Below are positions 20,030 to 29,348 of a stretch of DNA of 64,000 bases, piece by piece; positions within the stretch are counted from its first letter, which is position 1; each line of letters starts with the position of its first letter. Under the pieces are notes generated by a model, which saw nothing but the letters and a program-made list of their open reading frames with translations, had not been told where the DNA came from and searched no databases. Source of the DNA: Candidatus Cloacimonadales bacterium (GTDB taxonomy: Bacteria; Cloacimonadota; Cloacimonadia; Cloacimonadales; JAIOQZ01); contig CAXXTU010000002.1 of NCBI GenBank assembly GCA_963662655.2, positions 1,440,001 through 1,504,000 on the forward strand, read 5' to 3'. Position numbers and translations under genes: made by a program.

Positions 20030-20845
20030 TTATCCCTCCACTTTTTCGATGATCTTGTGGGTTATATCCTGCATGATCCCGGCAGCTTTCATCTTGCCGA
20101 AATCGTATATGTACGGGCGACCGGAGTCGCTAGACTTTGCGATATTGGTATCGATCGGGATTCTTCCGAGGATATCCACGCCGAAATCATCGGCGGCTTT
20201 CTGGGTCCCTTCGCCTTCGAAGATGCTGATTTCCTTGCCGCAGTGGGGGCAAAGGAACGTCCCCATGTTTTCCACGATGCCCAGTACCGGAACCGTCATT
20301 CTATGCGAGAAATTGATGGTCTTACGTGCGTCGAGGAAAGCAACGTCCTGCGGGGTAGAAACGATCACCGAGCCATCCACCTTGCCAAGCAGTTGCACGA
20401 TCGAAAGCGGTTCGTCACCGGTTCCAGGAGGACAATCTGCGATCAGGTAGTCGATTTCCGGCCAGGCAATTTCTTCCAGGAACTGGCGGATTGCGCCCAT
20501 CTTGAGCGGTCCACGCCAGATGATCGGTTCATCCGCATCCGGGAGCATGGAAGCGATGGTTACGGCATGAAGGTTTTCGTGAACGCGAATCGGCATTGGC
20601 TCGCCGTTCTCGTCGACTTCGAGTCTGCGACCTTCGATCCCAAGCATTTTCGCAAGCGATGGGCCGTGCAGGTCTGTGTCGATCAGACCGACTCTTCTGC
20701 CGGCAAGCGCGAGACCGTATGCCAGGTTGACCGCCATGGTGCTCTTCCCCACGCCGCCTTTTCCGCTTAGGACTACGATTTTATATTTGATGCGCTTCAG
20801 ATTGGCCTGAAGCTTCTCATCGGAAGGCTTCTTTGCGTTTTGCAT
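20030..20845 (-). CDS. mrp: Mrp/NBP35 (ApbC) Fe-S cluster carrier ATPase
   Basis: SGKGGVGKST, IIWRGP, DCPPGTGDEP and ENMGTFLCPHC. Confidence 0.95.
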   Translation of the reverse strand: MQNAKKPSDEKLQANLKRIKYKIVVLSGKGGVGKSTMAVNLAYGLALAGRRVGLIDTDLHGPSLAKMLGIEGRRLEVDENGEPMPIRVHENLHAVTIASMLPDADEPIIWRGPLKMGAIRQFLEEIAWPEIDYLIADCPPGTGDEPLSIVQLLGKVDGSVIVSTPQDVAFLDARKTINFSHRMTVPVLGIVENMGTFLCPHCGKEISIFEGEGTQKAADDFGVDILGRIPIDTNIAKSSDSGRPYIYDFGKMKAAGIMQDITHKIIEKVEG

Positions 20846-21016
20846 TGTCTAATTCCTCCAATTATTGGCTGTTATCTTTACGGAACGAAAAACATACGGT
20901 TGCGTTTCTTTGTCAACCAGTATTCATCTTGTTTAACACGAAATACTTCCCAATGGATTCCCGCAGAATACTGCACATATGTTCATAACGCACGTTTCGG
21001 TCGCTCTTCTTTTCGT

Positions 21017-21207
21017 GAGCAGCCCACGTCCGCGGGGCAGCGCAGAAGCTCATACGCCACGGGCCTGTTCCGAAGACGAGTCACTGAGGATGAGGAACAG
21101 GCCCGTGGCTTTGGATGAGCTTCTTCCCCTCACCGATTGCAAAATTGCAATCGGTGAGGGGGTGTGCTTTGCACACGCGCTGCCCCGCCGGACTTCTCTT
21201 GCTGCCC
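21017..21207 (-). repeat. Four-way-junction structured element, copy 2 (inverted relative to copy 1)
   Basis: Closing stem 21032-21043/21177-21188 (extendable) enclosing hairpins 21044-21124, 21126-21161 and 21162-21176. On the minus strand it has the same order and junction bases as copy 1. Confidence 0.7.
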
Positions 21208-21581
21208 GGGTCTTCATCGGGTGAGAAAAAAAAATTTCCACAAATTTCTGACACCAGAAATATTCGCAAGAGCGATCAATCATGTGTTATCGCGACAGTT
21301 AGTAATACCAAGGAGATAAACACATTTTATTAAAATTGAATCGCATTCACTTATGAATTGCATCTTACTTGACACAATGTGATAATGAAATTTTATTAGC
21401 AATAATTGCAATATGGAAATTTACGTTTTTAAGAAAATTCATTCATGTGGGCAGAGTCAACGGAGAAAATAGGGTAATTACTAAGGTTTTTTATTGACAG
21501 AAAGAAAATATCTGAGCAATATCACGGATGTGGTTATATTCTATGTAAGAGTACAAAAGTGCTCAGCGAGGATCAAGCATA

Positions 21582-22928
21582 ATGTTAAAGGAATTTAGGT
21601 ACCAGGGTGTAAAAAGAGACACGAAGAAAATCGTTCGCGGAACGATCTACGAAGCGAATCTGAATACCGCCCGGAAGAAGATCAATCAGCTTGCTCTGGA
21701 ACACAACTTTGGCGTACAGAAGGTAGAGCAGAAGAAATCCTTTTTATACAAAGCGATAACCTCACAGGGGAAGAAGGTCAAAGGAGAACAGGACGCGTTC
21801 ACAAAGGACGAACTGCAGAATGCCCTTGCCAGCCTCGGATATAAAAACATCGCCGTCGAACCGAATCTACTGAACATCAGAATGAAACCGCCTTTTGGCG
21901 ACATCGTCATGTTCATTTCCATCACGGCGGACATGCTGAACGAGAACATGAAGTTCGACGAGATATTGAAGATTCACTCGACAGACGTCCAGAACAAGAC
22001 CCTCCGAAACGCGGTCAAAGGCATTTCTCGCGACCTCAGGCAGGGGCAGGACGGCATGAGCGTCTTCCAGAAGTACGCCGACGTCTTTGGCAAATTCACG
22101 TCCTACATGCTCGGACTTGCCTCAAAATCAGGTAACATGGCGGAAATCTACAAGAGCACCGCCGAGTACCTCACGCGCCAGGCGGATTTCCAGAAGAACC
22201 TCCGCCAAGCGCTGGTTATGCCCATCGTGACCTTCATTGCGATCCTCGGTGCGATCGGATACTACGTCGGAAAGCTGTTCCCGGAAATCACGGAGATGTT
22301 CATTCGCTTCAAGATGGAACTCCCCCCCATGACCGCCGCAACGATGGAGCTCAGCTACTTCCTGCAAGACAACTGGTGGTGGCTGGTTATCTTGTTCACT
22401 GCTCCAATTGCCCTCGTGCTGTGGTGGTTCTCGACTCCCAAGGGACGCCTCTGGCGAGATAAGTTTATCATCAAGCTCCCCGTTGTCGGCGAGCTGATTC
22501 ATAAGATGAATATCGAGATTTTCTTCCGCGTGTTCTCCATCGTGTACAGCGGATCGGGCAACAATATCGAGGTGCTCCAAATTGCAGCGGAAGCATGCGG
22601 AAACGCGCACATGGAAAAGCAAATCAAGGAGATAACCATACCTCGAATGCTTAAGGAAGGCGCCGGCCTAATCGATGCCATCGAGGCGTCCGAAGTGTTT
22701 ACCGATACCGCCATCACTCGCTTGAACGCAGGGTCCGCCACTGGTTCGGTGAAGAACGCATCCTTCCAGATTGCAGCCTATTACGAAAAAGAAACCAAGT
22801 ACAAATTTCAGACAATCCTGCAAACGATCGACGTTCTAACAGCATTATTTATCCTTGTGGTCATGACTGGACTCATCGTGGTTTCTTCCGAAAGCGCGTT
22901 CATGCGTCCACCAACACCCGGTGCATAG
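21582..22928 (+). CDS. pilC: Type IV pilus / T2SS inner membrane platform protein (PilC/GspF)
   Basis: Two T2SSF-like domains with three TM segments; ELPPMT and KLPVVG motifs; directly upstream of a PilB ATPase. Confidence 0.85.
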   Translation: MLKEFRYQGVKRDTKKIVRGTIYEANLNTARKKINQLALEHNFGVQKVEQKKSFLYKAITSQGKKVKGEQDAFTKDELQNALASLGYKNIAVEPNLLNIRMKPPFGDIVMFISITADMLNENMKFDEILKIHSTDVQNKTLRNAVKGISRDLRQGQDGMSVFQKYADVFGKFTSYMLGLASKSGNMAEIYKSTAEYLTRQADFQKNLRQALVMPIVTFIAILGAIGYYVGKLFPEITEMFIRFKMELPPMTAATMELSYFLQDNWWWLVILFTAPIALVLWWFSTPKGRLWRDKFIIKLPVVGELIHKMNIEIFFRVFSIVYSGSGNNIEVLQIAAEACGNAHMEKQIKEITIPRMLKEGAGLIDAIEASEVFTDTAITRLNAGSATGSVKNASFQIAAYYEKETKYKFQTILQTIDVLTALFILVVMTGLIVVSSESAFMRPPTPGA

Positions 22929-22931
22929 CCT

Positions 22932-24707
22932 ATGAAAGAAAATCAATTTTTAGGGAAATTACTCGTTCTCAAGAATATCATAACAGAAGAGATTCTTAAC
23001 GCAGCAAGAGTAAAGCTCGATAAACCGGACAACACCCAGTCGCTGGAAGAAATCCTCATCGAGCATTATCAGGTCGATCGGGACAGGCTCTACACGGAAG
23101 TGGCAAAGCTCTACGCGATTTCCAAGATGAACATCCAGCCGGAGAAACTCTCGGAAGACGACATCGAGGAAATCACGCAACTCCTGGACACACTCCCGAA
23201 GGATGTGAAAATCGAAGCGCTGCAGAAGAAGATTATCCCGTATAAAATCCAGAAGAAACGAATCGAAACGCTGATCATCCTCGCCTCGAATCCCACGGAC
23301 AGCTTCGCGAAGGAGATCGCTTCCTACTCCAAGGTCAAGCGCTACGAAATCGTCTACACGCCTTTCGACGAAATCAAACGGCTGATCGACATCGTCCAGA
23401 AAGACGAAAACGAATTCCTGGACCTCCTCGGCAACGAGGAAGGCACGATCGATATTAACGCCATCGAAGAATCAAAGAAGACCGACGATGACGAATTGAT
23501 CAATCAGGAAATCAATAAGGGCGCGCTGGTCTACCTCTTCGAAGCAGCTCTGGTGGAAGCGGTAAAAAACAAGGTAAGCGATATCCACATCATCCCCTTC
23601 GATGTCAAAACCACCGACATCATGTTCCGTATCGACGGCAAGCTGACGCTGTGGAAACGCAAGGAGAACATCAATCCACAAGCCTTCCAGGCTGTGGTGA
23701 AAGACCGCTCGCTCGGCGTGGATCGTTTCAAGATCGACGAGGCTCAGGACGGGTTCATCCAGCGTGAAATCGACGCCTACACCATCCGTTTCCGCGTCTC
23801 GATCCTGCCCATCGTCTCCCGAGAAATGGAACGCCACTTCGAAAGTATCGTTATTCGTATTCTCGACGACCGCAACGTCATCGACAACATCGACGACCTG
23901 GGTTTCCTCCCGCAATCGAGGCGTGACTTCGAAAAAGCCGTCGCCAAACCTCAGGGCATGGTCATCATCACTGGGCCCACCGGCTCGGGTAAAAGTACCA
24001 CGCTCCTCGCGACCCTCTATCACGTGATGACGCCGGAGCGTAACGCACTGACCGTCGAAGAGCCCGTCGAGTACGTCGTCAAAGGCGCACGCCAGATCAA
24101 GATCAGTCACAAATGTACCTTCGATCTCGCACTCCGCGCGATTCTTCGTCACGACCCCGATATCGTCATGGTTGGCGAGATCCGCGACAAGAAGACTGCC
24201 GAGATAGGGATCAAGCTCGCCAACACGGGGCACCTTACATTCGCGACGCTTCATACCAACGACGCGCCCAGCGCGATCTCCCGTATGTATAAAATGCAGA
24301 TCGAAACCTTCCTGATGGCCAACGCGATCAACATCATCGTGGCGCAGCGCCTGGTCCGTAAACTCTGCAAAGTCTGCAAACGACCCGTGCCCAAAGAAAA
24401 AGCAAAGGTCTACGAAGAATACGGAATTACCATCGAAGAGATACTCGAAGGGAAAATCTTCGAGCCAGTCGGTTGCGACCTGTGCAGAGGTACCGGATTC
24501 AAGGGAAGAGCCGGTATCCATGAGACTCTTTTCTTCTCGCCGGAAATCCAGCAGGCGATCCTGGAAGCAAAATCGGATATCGATGAAAACCACATTCGCC
24601 GAATCGCCGAGAAACAGGGAATGCTTTCGTTGAGGCAATCGGGCATCGAGCTTGTCCGTAAGGGCATTGCCGACCTGAATGACGTTCTGTCAACAACCAC
24701 CGAATAG
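22932..24707 (+). CDS. pilB: Type IV pilus assembly ATPase (PilB/GspE)
   Basis: SDIHI, GPTGSGKSTTL, LRHDPDIVMVGEIRD, TGHLTFATLHTNDA and CxxC...CxxC Zn motif. Confidence 0.9.
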   Translation: MKENQFLGKLLVLKNIITEEILNAARVKLDKPDNTQSLEEILIEHYQVDRDRLYTEVAKLYAISKMNIQPEKLSEDDIEEITQLLDTLPKDVKIEALQKKIIPYKIQKKRIETLIILASNPTDSFAKEIASYSKVKRYEIVYTPFDEIKRLIDIVQKDENEFLDLLGNEEGTIDINAIEESKKTDDDELINQEINKGALVYLFEAALVEAVKNKVSDIHIIPFDVKTTDIMFRIDGKLTLWKRKENINPQAFQAVVKDRSLGVDRFKIDEAQDGFIQREIDAYTIRFRVSILPIVSREMERHFESIVIRILDDRNVIDNIDDLGFLPQSRRDFEKAVAKPQGMVIITGPTGSGKSTTLLATLYHVMTPERNALTVEEPVEYVVKGARQIKISHKCTFDLALRAILRHDPDIVMVGEIRDKKTAEIGIKLANTGHLTFATLHTNDAPSAISRMYKMQIETFLMANAINIIVAQRLVRKLCKVCKRPVPKEKAKVYEEYGITIEEILEGKIFEPVGCDLCRGTGFKGRAGIHETLFFSPEIQQAILEAKSDIDENHIRRIAEKQGMLSLRQSGIELVRKGIADLNDVLSTTTE

Positions 24708-24715
24708 GAGTTTGT

Positions 24716-25111
24716 ATGGGAAGCCAGTACATATACGTCATCATCGCGATCTTCCTTTTTATGAATCTTGTTGTAACGCTCAACAACCATAAAAAGGCAA
24801 CCGCGGAATCGATGATCAACAATCAGGTTCAAAATGACGCGATTGCGCTTGCCCAATCCATTATTGAACGTGGCTGGTCGGTCAAATTCGATGACCTGGA
24901 AGACGAATTCGATAACCCGGGCAAATGGCAGAAATTTACTTTCGGGGCTGGCGACCTCTACGTGCAGACAACGGTCGATTACGCGGCATTCGACAGTAAC
25001 GGCTATACTTCAACAACGTCGAAAACGAGCTACAAACTGCTATGGGTCATCGTGAGCGATGAAAGCAGATCGTTCACAATTGAACTGCAGCACGTGTTTA
25101 CCGAACTGTAG
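24716..25111 (+). CDS. Minor pilin-like protein (PilV-like)
   Basis: N-terminal hydrophobic helix followed by AIALAQSIIE; located in the pil operon. Confidence 0.55.
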   Translation: MGSQYIYVIIAIFLFMNLVVTLNNHKKATAESMINNQVQNDAIALAQSIIERGWSVKFDDLEDEFDNPGKWQKFTFGAGDLYVQTTVDYAAFDSNGYTSTTSKTSYKLLWVIVSDESRSFTIELQHVFTEL

Positions 25112-25125
25112 GTCGGAGGCGAACG

Positions 25126-25707
25126 ATGCAAACAACACTTGAAATCATCGGCGCATTCATACTGACATTGATGCTGATTTCACTCGTCTTTAAAATGCAG
25201 ATCAATGCGTATGAATCGAACATCGAAGCAACCATGACGTATCGACAGCAATCGTATGCGGAAGTGCTCAAAGAAGTTCTGAGAAACAACATCAAGAACG
25301 TAGGAAAAAGCTTCTCAAGCATCGATCAAGCCATTCAAACCGCGACCGGAAGTAAACTCGAATTTCTCGCGGACATGGATACCGATGGCGTTATCGATAC
25401 CGTAAGCATTTACTCAACGAAATGGATCACAAAAGATCCGACACCCGACCTTGACGACATGCAGATCGTTTTCAAAGTGAACAAAACAATGATTAACACT
25501 GGGTTCTACGGAGTGACAGAGTTTAAATTCAAGTATTACGATAATCATTACGAAGAAACAGCGAATCTTGAAGATATTCAATTTATCTCGTATCAGTTTG
25601 AAATGGAAAGCAGTGAAGCCTTCGGGGCCAACGCAGAAAAAACCGGAGAACGGGCTGTGGCCATTGGCGAAGGCGTTGTTTTTCTCAAGTGTATCTGGGA
25701 CTGGTAA
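25126..25707 (+). CDS. Minor pilin-like protein (PilW-like)
   Basis: MQTTLEIIGAFIL helix, IKNVG, LEFLADMDTDG and FKFKYYD strands typical of PilW-like proteins. Confidence 0.6.
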   Translation: MQTTLEIIGAFILTLMLISLVFKMQINAYESNIEATMTYRQQSYAEVLKEVLRNNIKNVGKSFSSIDQAIQTATGSKLEFLADMDTDGVIDTVSIYSTKWITKDPTPDLDDMQIVFKVNKTMINTGFYGVTEFKFKYYDNHYEETANLEDIQFISYQFEMESSEAFGANAEKTGERAVAIGEGVVFLKCIWDW

Positions 25708-25725
25708 GAGTCCGGGGAGGAAACT

Positions 25726-27054
25726 GTGGGACGTTATGCAATCTATGTAGTAGCCGCGCTATTCTTATCGATTACCTATATGATGATTAGCGCTAAAGGC
25801 CCTGAGGAATCCGCGTTAAAAGAAACGATCGAGCTGTACAATAAACGTATGGCTCTCAATATTGCGAATAGCTATGCTTATCAGAAGCTCGACCTGATCC
25901 GTTCCGCTGCCTTCAAGGACACCCCCGAGTACATGGCAAGCATCAGTGAAGAGCATAAAATTAAAAGACCGCTTCGGGGCGATATCGATGTAGTGGTTGA
26001 AAGGGACGATGCTACGGGCGAGATCGTCATTACCGCAACAACGAACATAGAAGACCAAAGCGTTACCGTCGTTGTCCGAGACTGGGAACTGCCCTATTCG
26101 TACTACGCCTACTTCGTGAATCGTTTTACGGGAGGCTGGTACGGAAACGGAGAAGATTTCTGGGGACCCGTCCACTGCAACGGCGAATTCAGAGTCGACC
26201 GCGACAGATGGCACAGCGGCGTCTTCTATCCCGGCCCCATTTTCCACGGAAACCTTACGACCTACAACGGATTGTATGTCCAGGGAAGCGGCCATTACCA
26301 TGACGATGATGACATTCCATCCGCGCATTACTCGGGCCTGACAGGCGACAACAACGATCTCTCGCACCGCAAGATACCGTTCAACTCGTCAGCGCTCTCG
26401 ATCGACTACTCGAAGGTGACGGGCCCACCGCTCGATATCGAAACGTTATTCAGCACGAAACCCGGCGATGTCCACATTTTCATGTACGACGATGGTTCGA
26501 TCAAGTTCGTCAGCGACGATGGGACCAAGACGGTGACGATGGACGTGGCGGACATCACCAGCCATGTCATTGTCGCCAAAAGAGATATCCATATCCAGGG
26601 AACATTGGACGGTAACCTGAGCATCGAGACGTCCAAAACGCTGTTCATCGATGGCGATTTGATCTATAAGGACGCGACCAAAGACGTAAACGGCAATCCG
26701 GTTGTCCCTGAAGATTCCGACGACATGCTTGGCCTGATAGCCGACGACATTATCATTCCGGCCGACAACCATTACGATCCGGGTGGAGAATGGCCCGGAT
26801 GCATGACGATGGCGAATATCGTAACGCCAAATGACGTCACAATCAAGAACTGGGGCGGCAAGTATTACGGCTTCTGGACAACGTTCGGGAGTCGCTTGCA
26901 GTCAGAGCCGGTTGTAACCTGGAACGGTAACCTAACAAAGCCAAAGGGATTCAAAGAAAGAATCGTTTACGATAGCAGGTTCAGAACGAAATCACCTCCC
27001 GGTATCCCCGATACGGGAGAGCGACGCGTTACGCAATGGACCGAATCTGACTAA
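25726..27054 (+). CDS. PilX-like minor pilin / tip protein
   Basis: MGRYAIYVV hydrophobic N-terminus, ALNIANS, GPVHCNG, LGLIA and YDSRF...PPG C-terminal pattern. Confidence 0.6.
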   Translation: MGRYAIYVVAALFLSITYMMISAKGPEESALKETIELYNKRMALNIANSYAYQKLDLIRSAAFKDTPEYMASISEEHKIKRPLRGDIDVVVERDDATGEIVITATTNIEDQSVTVVVRDWELPYSYYAYFVNRFTGGWYGNGEDFWGPVHCNGEFRVDRDRWHSGVFYPGPIFHGNLTTYNGLYVQGSGHYHDDDDIPSAHYSGLTGDNNDLSHRKIPFNSSALSIDYSKVTGPPLDIETLFSTKPGDVHIFMYDDGSIKFVSDDGTKTVTMDVADITSHVIVAKRDIHIQGTLDGNLSIETSKTLFIDGDLIYKDATKDVNGNPVVPEDSDDMLGLIADDIIIPADNHYDPGGEWPGCMTMANIVTPNDVTIKNWGGKYYGFWTTFGSRLQSEPVVTWNGNLTKPKGFKERIVYDSRFRTKSPPGIPDTGERRVTQWTESD

Positions 27055-27069
27055 GGAGAATAGATTTTT

Positions 27070-28608
27070 ATGAAGCCAAGAATTCTGATTATCGATGACG
27101 AACCTGAAATTCGCGAACTTTACCGGAACTTTCTCGAGACCGAAGAATATGAGATACACGAAGCGCAAAACGGCCAGGAAGCCTTTCGAATGGCGGGAGA
27201 AAAAAGCTTCGACTTATACATAACAGACATTATGATGCCCGAGATGAACGGCGTCGACTTCATGAAAGTTCTCAAGATGATCGATCCCGACGCCGTCGTG
27301 ATCATCGTTACGGGCTACGACGATATGGAATACACGCGGGAGGCGCTGAATTACGGCGCTTTCCGTTTCCTCACCAAGCCCATCAACATGAAGGAGTTCC
27401 TCCAGGTTGTCGAACTCGGCTTGATTGAGAGACGCCAGTTGTTCCGCACAACAAACAACGAGAAGCTCAAACGCCTGAAAGACAAGCTGAACTCAAACCC
27501 CGACTTGCAGGAGAAAGTGTTCAACAAGCTGGAAGATTTTCTTCTCTACATCGAGCAGCAGGGCGCATCCTATATCGAAATGGGCGGCCATGGCTCGAAG
27601 GGACGTATATGGGCAAAAATCAAGAACCGTTTCTTGCCGTTCGAGGTCGAGCGCAGCTTCAATCAGGATGAGATCAACATCATGATTCTGAGCATCCTCA
27701 GCAAGGAAGAGCTAGATATGATGCTCAAAAACAAGTTCCTGAAATTCAACCATGAGTTCCAGGCGGATGATGTCCTGTATCGCTACCGCGTAAAGGCATA
27801 TTTCGAGCTCAACGAAATGGTTGTTTGTATCAAGCCCACACGGCGTGAAGTGATGCCGATGGAGAAACTCGCGCTTCCTTCAGCTTTCTTGAATCGAGTT
27901 TCCATGCGCAACGATAACGCCGGACTCGTCATTTTCACCGGCCCTACCGGCTCCGGCAAGAGCACCATGATCGACGCGCTGGTAAACTACAACAACGAGA
28001 ACGGTAACGGCAGCATATTCATCCTCTCCGATTCGATCGAGTACTACCATGACTCGATGAAGAGCCTCGTGAGGCAGCAGGAGATTCACAGCGACGTCAA
28101 CAGCCTTGTGGAAGGCTTGAAAAGCTGTCTGGATTACAATCCCGATCTGGTTGTCATCGAAGATATTCGGTACGCTGACGTAGCGGAAACTGTCTTCAAG
28201 CTGGTCGACTCCGGCAGCATGGTGTATGCCACCATGCGCAGCAAGTCAACCACGGAAGCGATCCAGAAGATACTCAACCTCTTCCCGGCCGGCGAGCAAG
28301 ATCAGTTGCGGGTATCGCTTTCAGGAGCGCTCAATTCGATTGTCTCCGTTCAACTCGTGCCCGGAACCAAGCAGCCGATGGTTCTTGCCAAGGAGGTGTT
28401 CATGAATACCTCGCAGACCAAGCAGGCCATCCAGAACAACAACATCAACGAACTCTATACATTGATCATGCAGGGACAAAAGAGCGGCATGCAGACCATG
28501 GAGCAAGACCTCTACGCCCTGTCCCGTAAGGGGCTGATCACCACGGAAGTCGCGCTCGAAAGCGCGCATAACCGCCAGCAGCTCCGTGAAATGCTTCAAT
28601 ACCGGTAG
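27070..28608 (+). CDS. Response-regulator receiver domain fused to a PilT/PilU-like ATPase (degenerate catalytic motifs)
   Basis: Intact REC domain (IIDD, TDIMMP, FLTKP) followed by GPTGSGKST and a PilT-like C-terminus (GMQTMEQDL). Confidence 0.85.
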   Translation: MKPRILIIDDEPEIRELYRNFLETEEYEIHEAQNGQEAFRMAGEKSFDLYITDIMMPEMNGVDFMKVLKMIDPDAVVIIVTGYDDMEYTREALNYGAFRFLTKPINMKEFLQVVELGLIERRQLFRTTNNEKLKRLKDKLNSNPDLQEKVFNKLEDFLLYIEQQGASYIEMGGHGSKGRIWAKIKNRFLPFEVERSFNQDEINIMILSILSKEELDMMLKNKFLKFNHEFQADDVLYRYRVKAYFELNEMVVCIKPTRREVMPMEKLALPSAFLNRVSMRNDNAGLVIFTGPTGSGKSTMIDALVNYNNENGNGSIFILSDSIEYYHDSMKSLVRQQEIHSDVNSLVEGLKSCLDYNPDLVVIEDIRYADVAETVFKLVDSGSMVYATMRSKSTTEAIQKILNLFPAGEQDQLRVSLSGALNSIVSVQLVPGTKQPMVLAKEVFMNTSQTKQAIQNNNINELYTLIMQGQKSGMQTMEQDLYALSRKGLITTEVALESAHNRQQLREMLQYR

Positions 28609-28622
28609 GGGATTTGCGGACA

Positions 28623-29345
28623 ATGAAAGCAATCATCCTCGCTGCCGGTTACGGCAATCGCATCCATCCCGTTACCAAAGGGCTGCCAAAGAGCATGCTC
28701 CGCATGGGGAACCACTCCCTGCTGCACCACATGATCCGGGCATGCCAGCGAATCGGGATAACCCAGTTCGTCTTCGTCCTGGGATACGAGCAGGAGATGA
28801 TGGTGCAGCACATCGCCGAAGCGCTCGAATCCTACACTATCGTTCATAATGCCGATTACCGGAGCACGAACACGCTCTATTCACTCTGGCTTGCCAGGGA
28901 GCATTTCGATGAAGACTTCATCTATTTCAACGCCGATATCCTCTTCGATCCCAAAATGCTCGATCTCATCAAGGAGGATCACGGGTATCCCGAGCTCCTC
29001 CTCGAAACCAAGCGTTGCGCCGAAGAAGAAGTGAAGATGATCGTCGACGATCAAATGATTATTCTGGAGATCGGAAAGAAACTGGACCCGGCAGACTGCG
29101 CGGGGGAGTTCATCGGCATCGGGAAATTCACGCGAAACGTCCTGCCAGACTTTGCCGAGTGCCTGCAACAGGGCGTCGACGAGAAGCAGGAGCGGAATTA
29201 CTTCGAGTGGGCGGTTAACCTTCTGGCGAAGAAGCATCGCCTTGTCGCGATTCCCACGCAGGATTTCGCCTGCATCGAGATCGATTTCCCTGAGGACTAC
29301 GAGCGCGCCGTAAACGAAATTCTGCCTCGCATAACCGATTCGTAG
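28623..29345 (+). CDS. Phosphocholine cytidylyltransferase (LicC)-like nucleotidyltransferase
   Basis: AIILAAGYGNR...PK, TNTLYSL, EEEVK, GEFIGI and EIDFPED. Confidence 0.8.
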   Translation: MKAIILAAGYGNRIHPVTKGLPKSMLRMGNHSLLHHMIRACQRIGITQFVFVLGYEQEMMVQHIAEALESYTIVHNADYRSTNTLYSLWLAREHFDEDFIYFNADILFDPKMLDLIKEDHGYPELLLETKRCAEEEVKMIVDDQMIILEIGKKLDPADCAGEFIGIGKFTRNVLPDFAECLQQGVDEKQERNYFEWAVNLLAKKHRLVAIPTQDFACIEIDFPEDYERAVNEILPRITDS

Positions 29346-29348
29346 TCC

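Noticed and set aside
19691..20845. Nitrogen fixation inferred from the NifX-like gene
   Set aside because: The Mrp + NifX-like pair is common in non-diazotrophic anaerobes; no nifHDK is present.
20840..21333. Several short ORFs across element copy 2
   Set aside because: They overlap on both strands, are Arg/Ser/Ala-rich, and are explained by the structured repeat.
23472..24638. Long antisense ORFs (for example 23472-24638, 42635-43768, 17181-18236, 50101-51024)
   Set aside because: Shadow frames opposite well-supported genes with strong codon bias.
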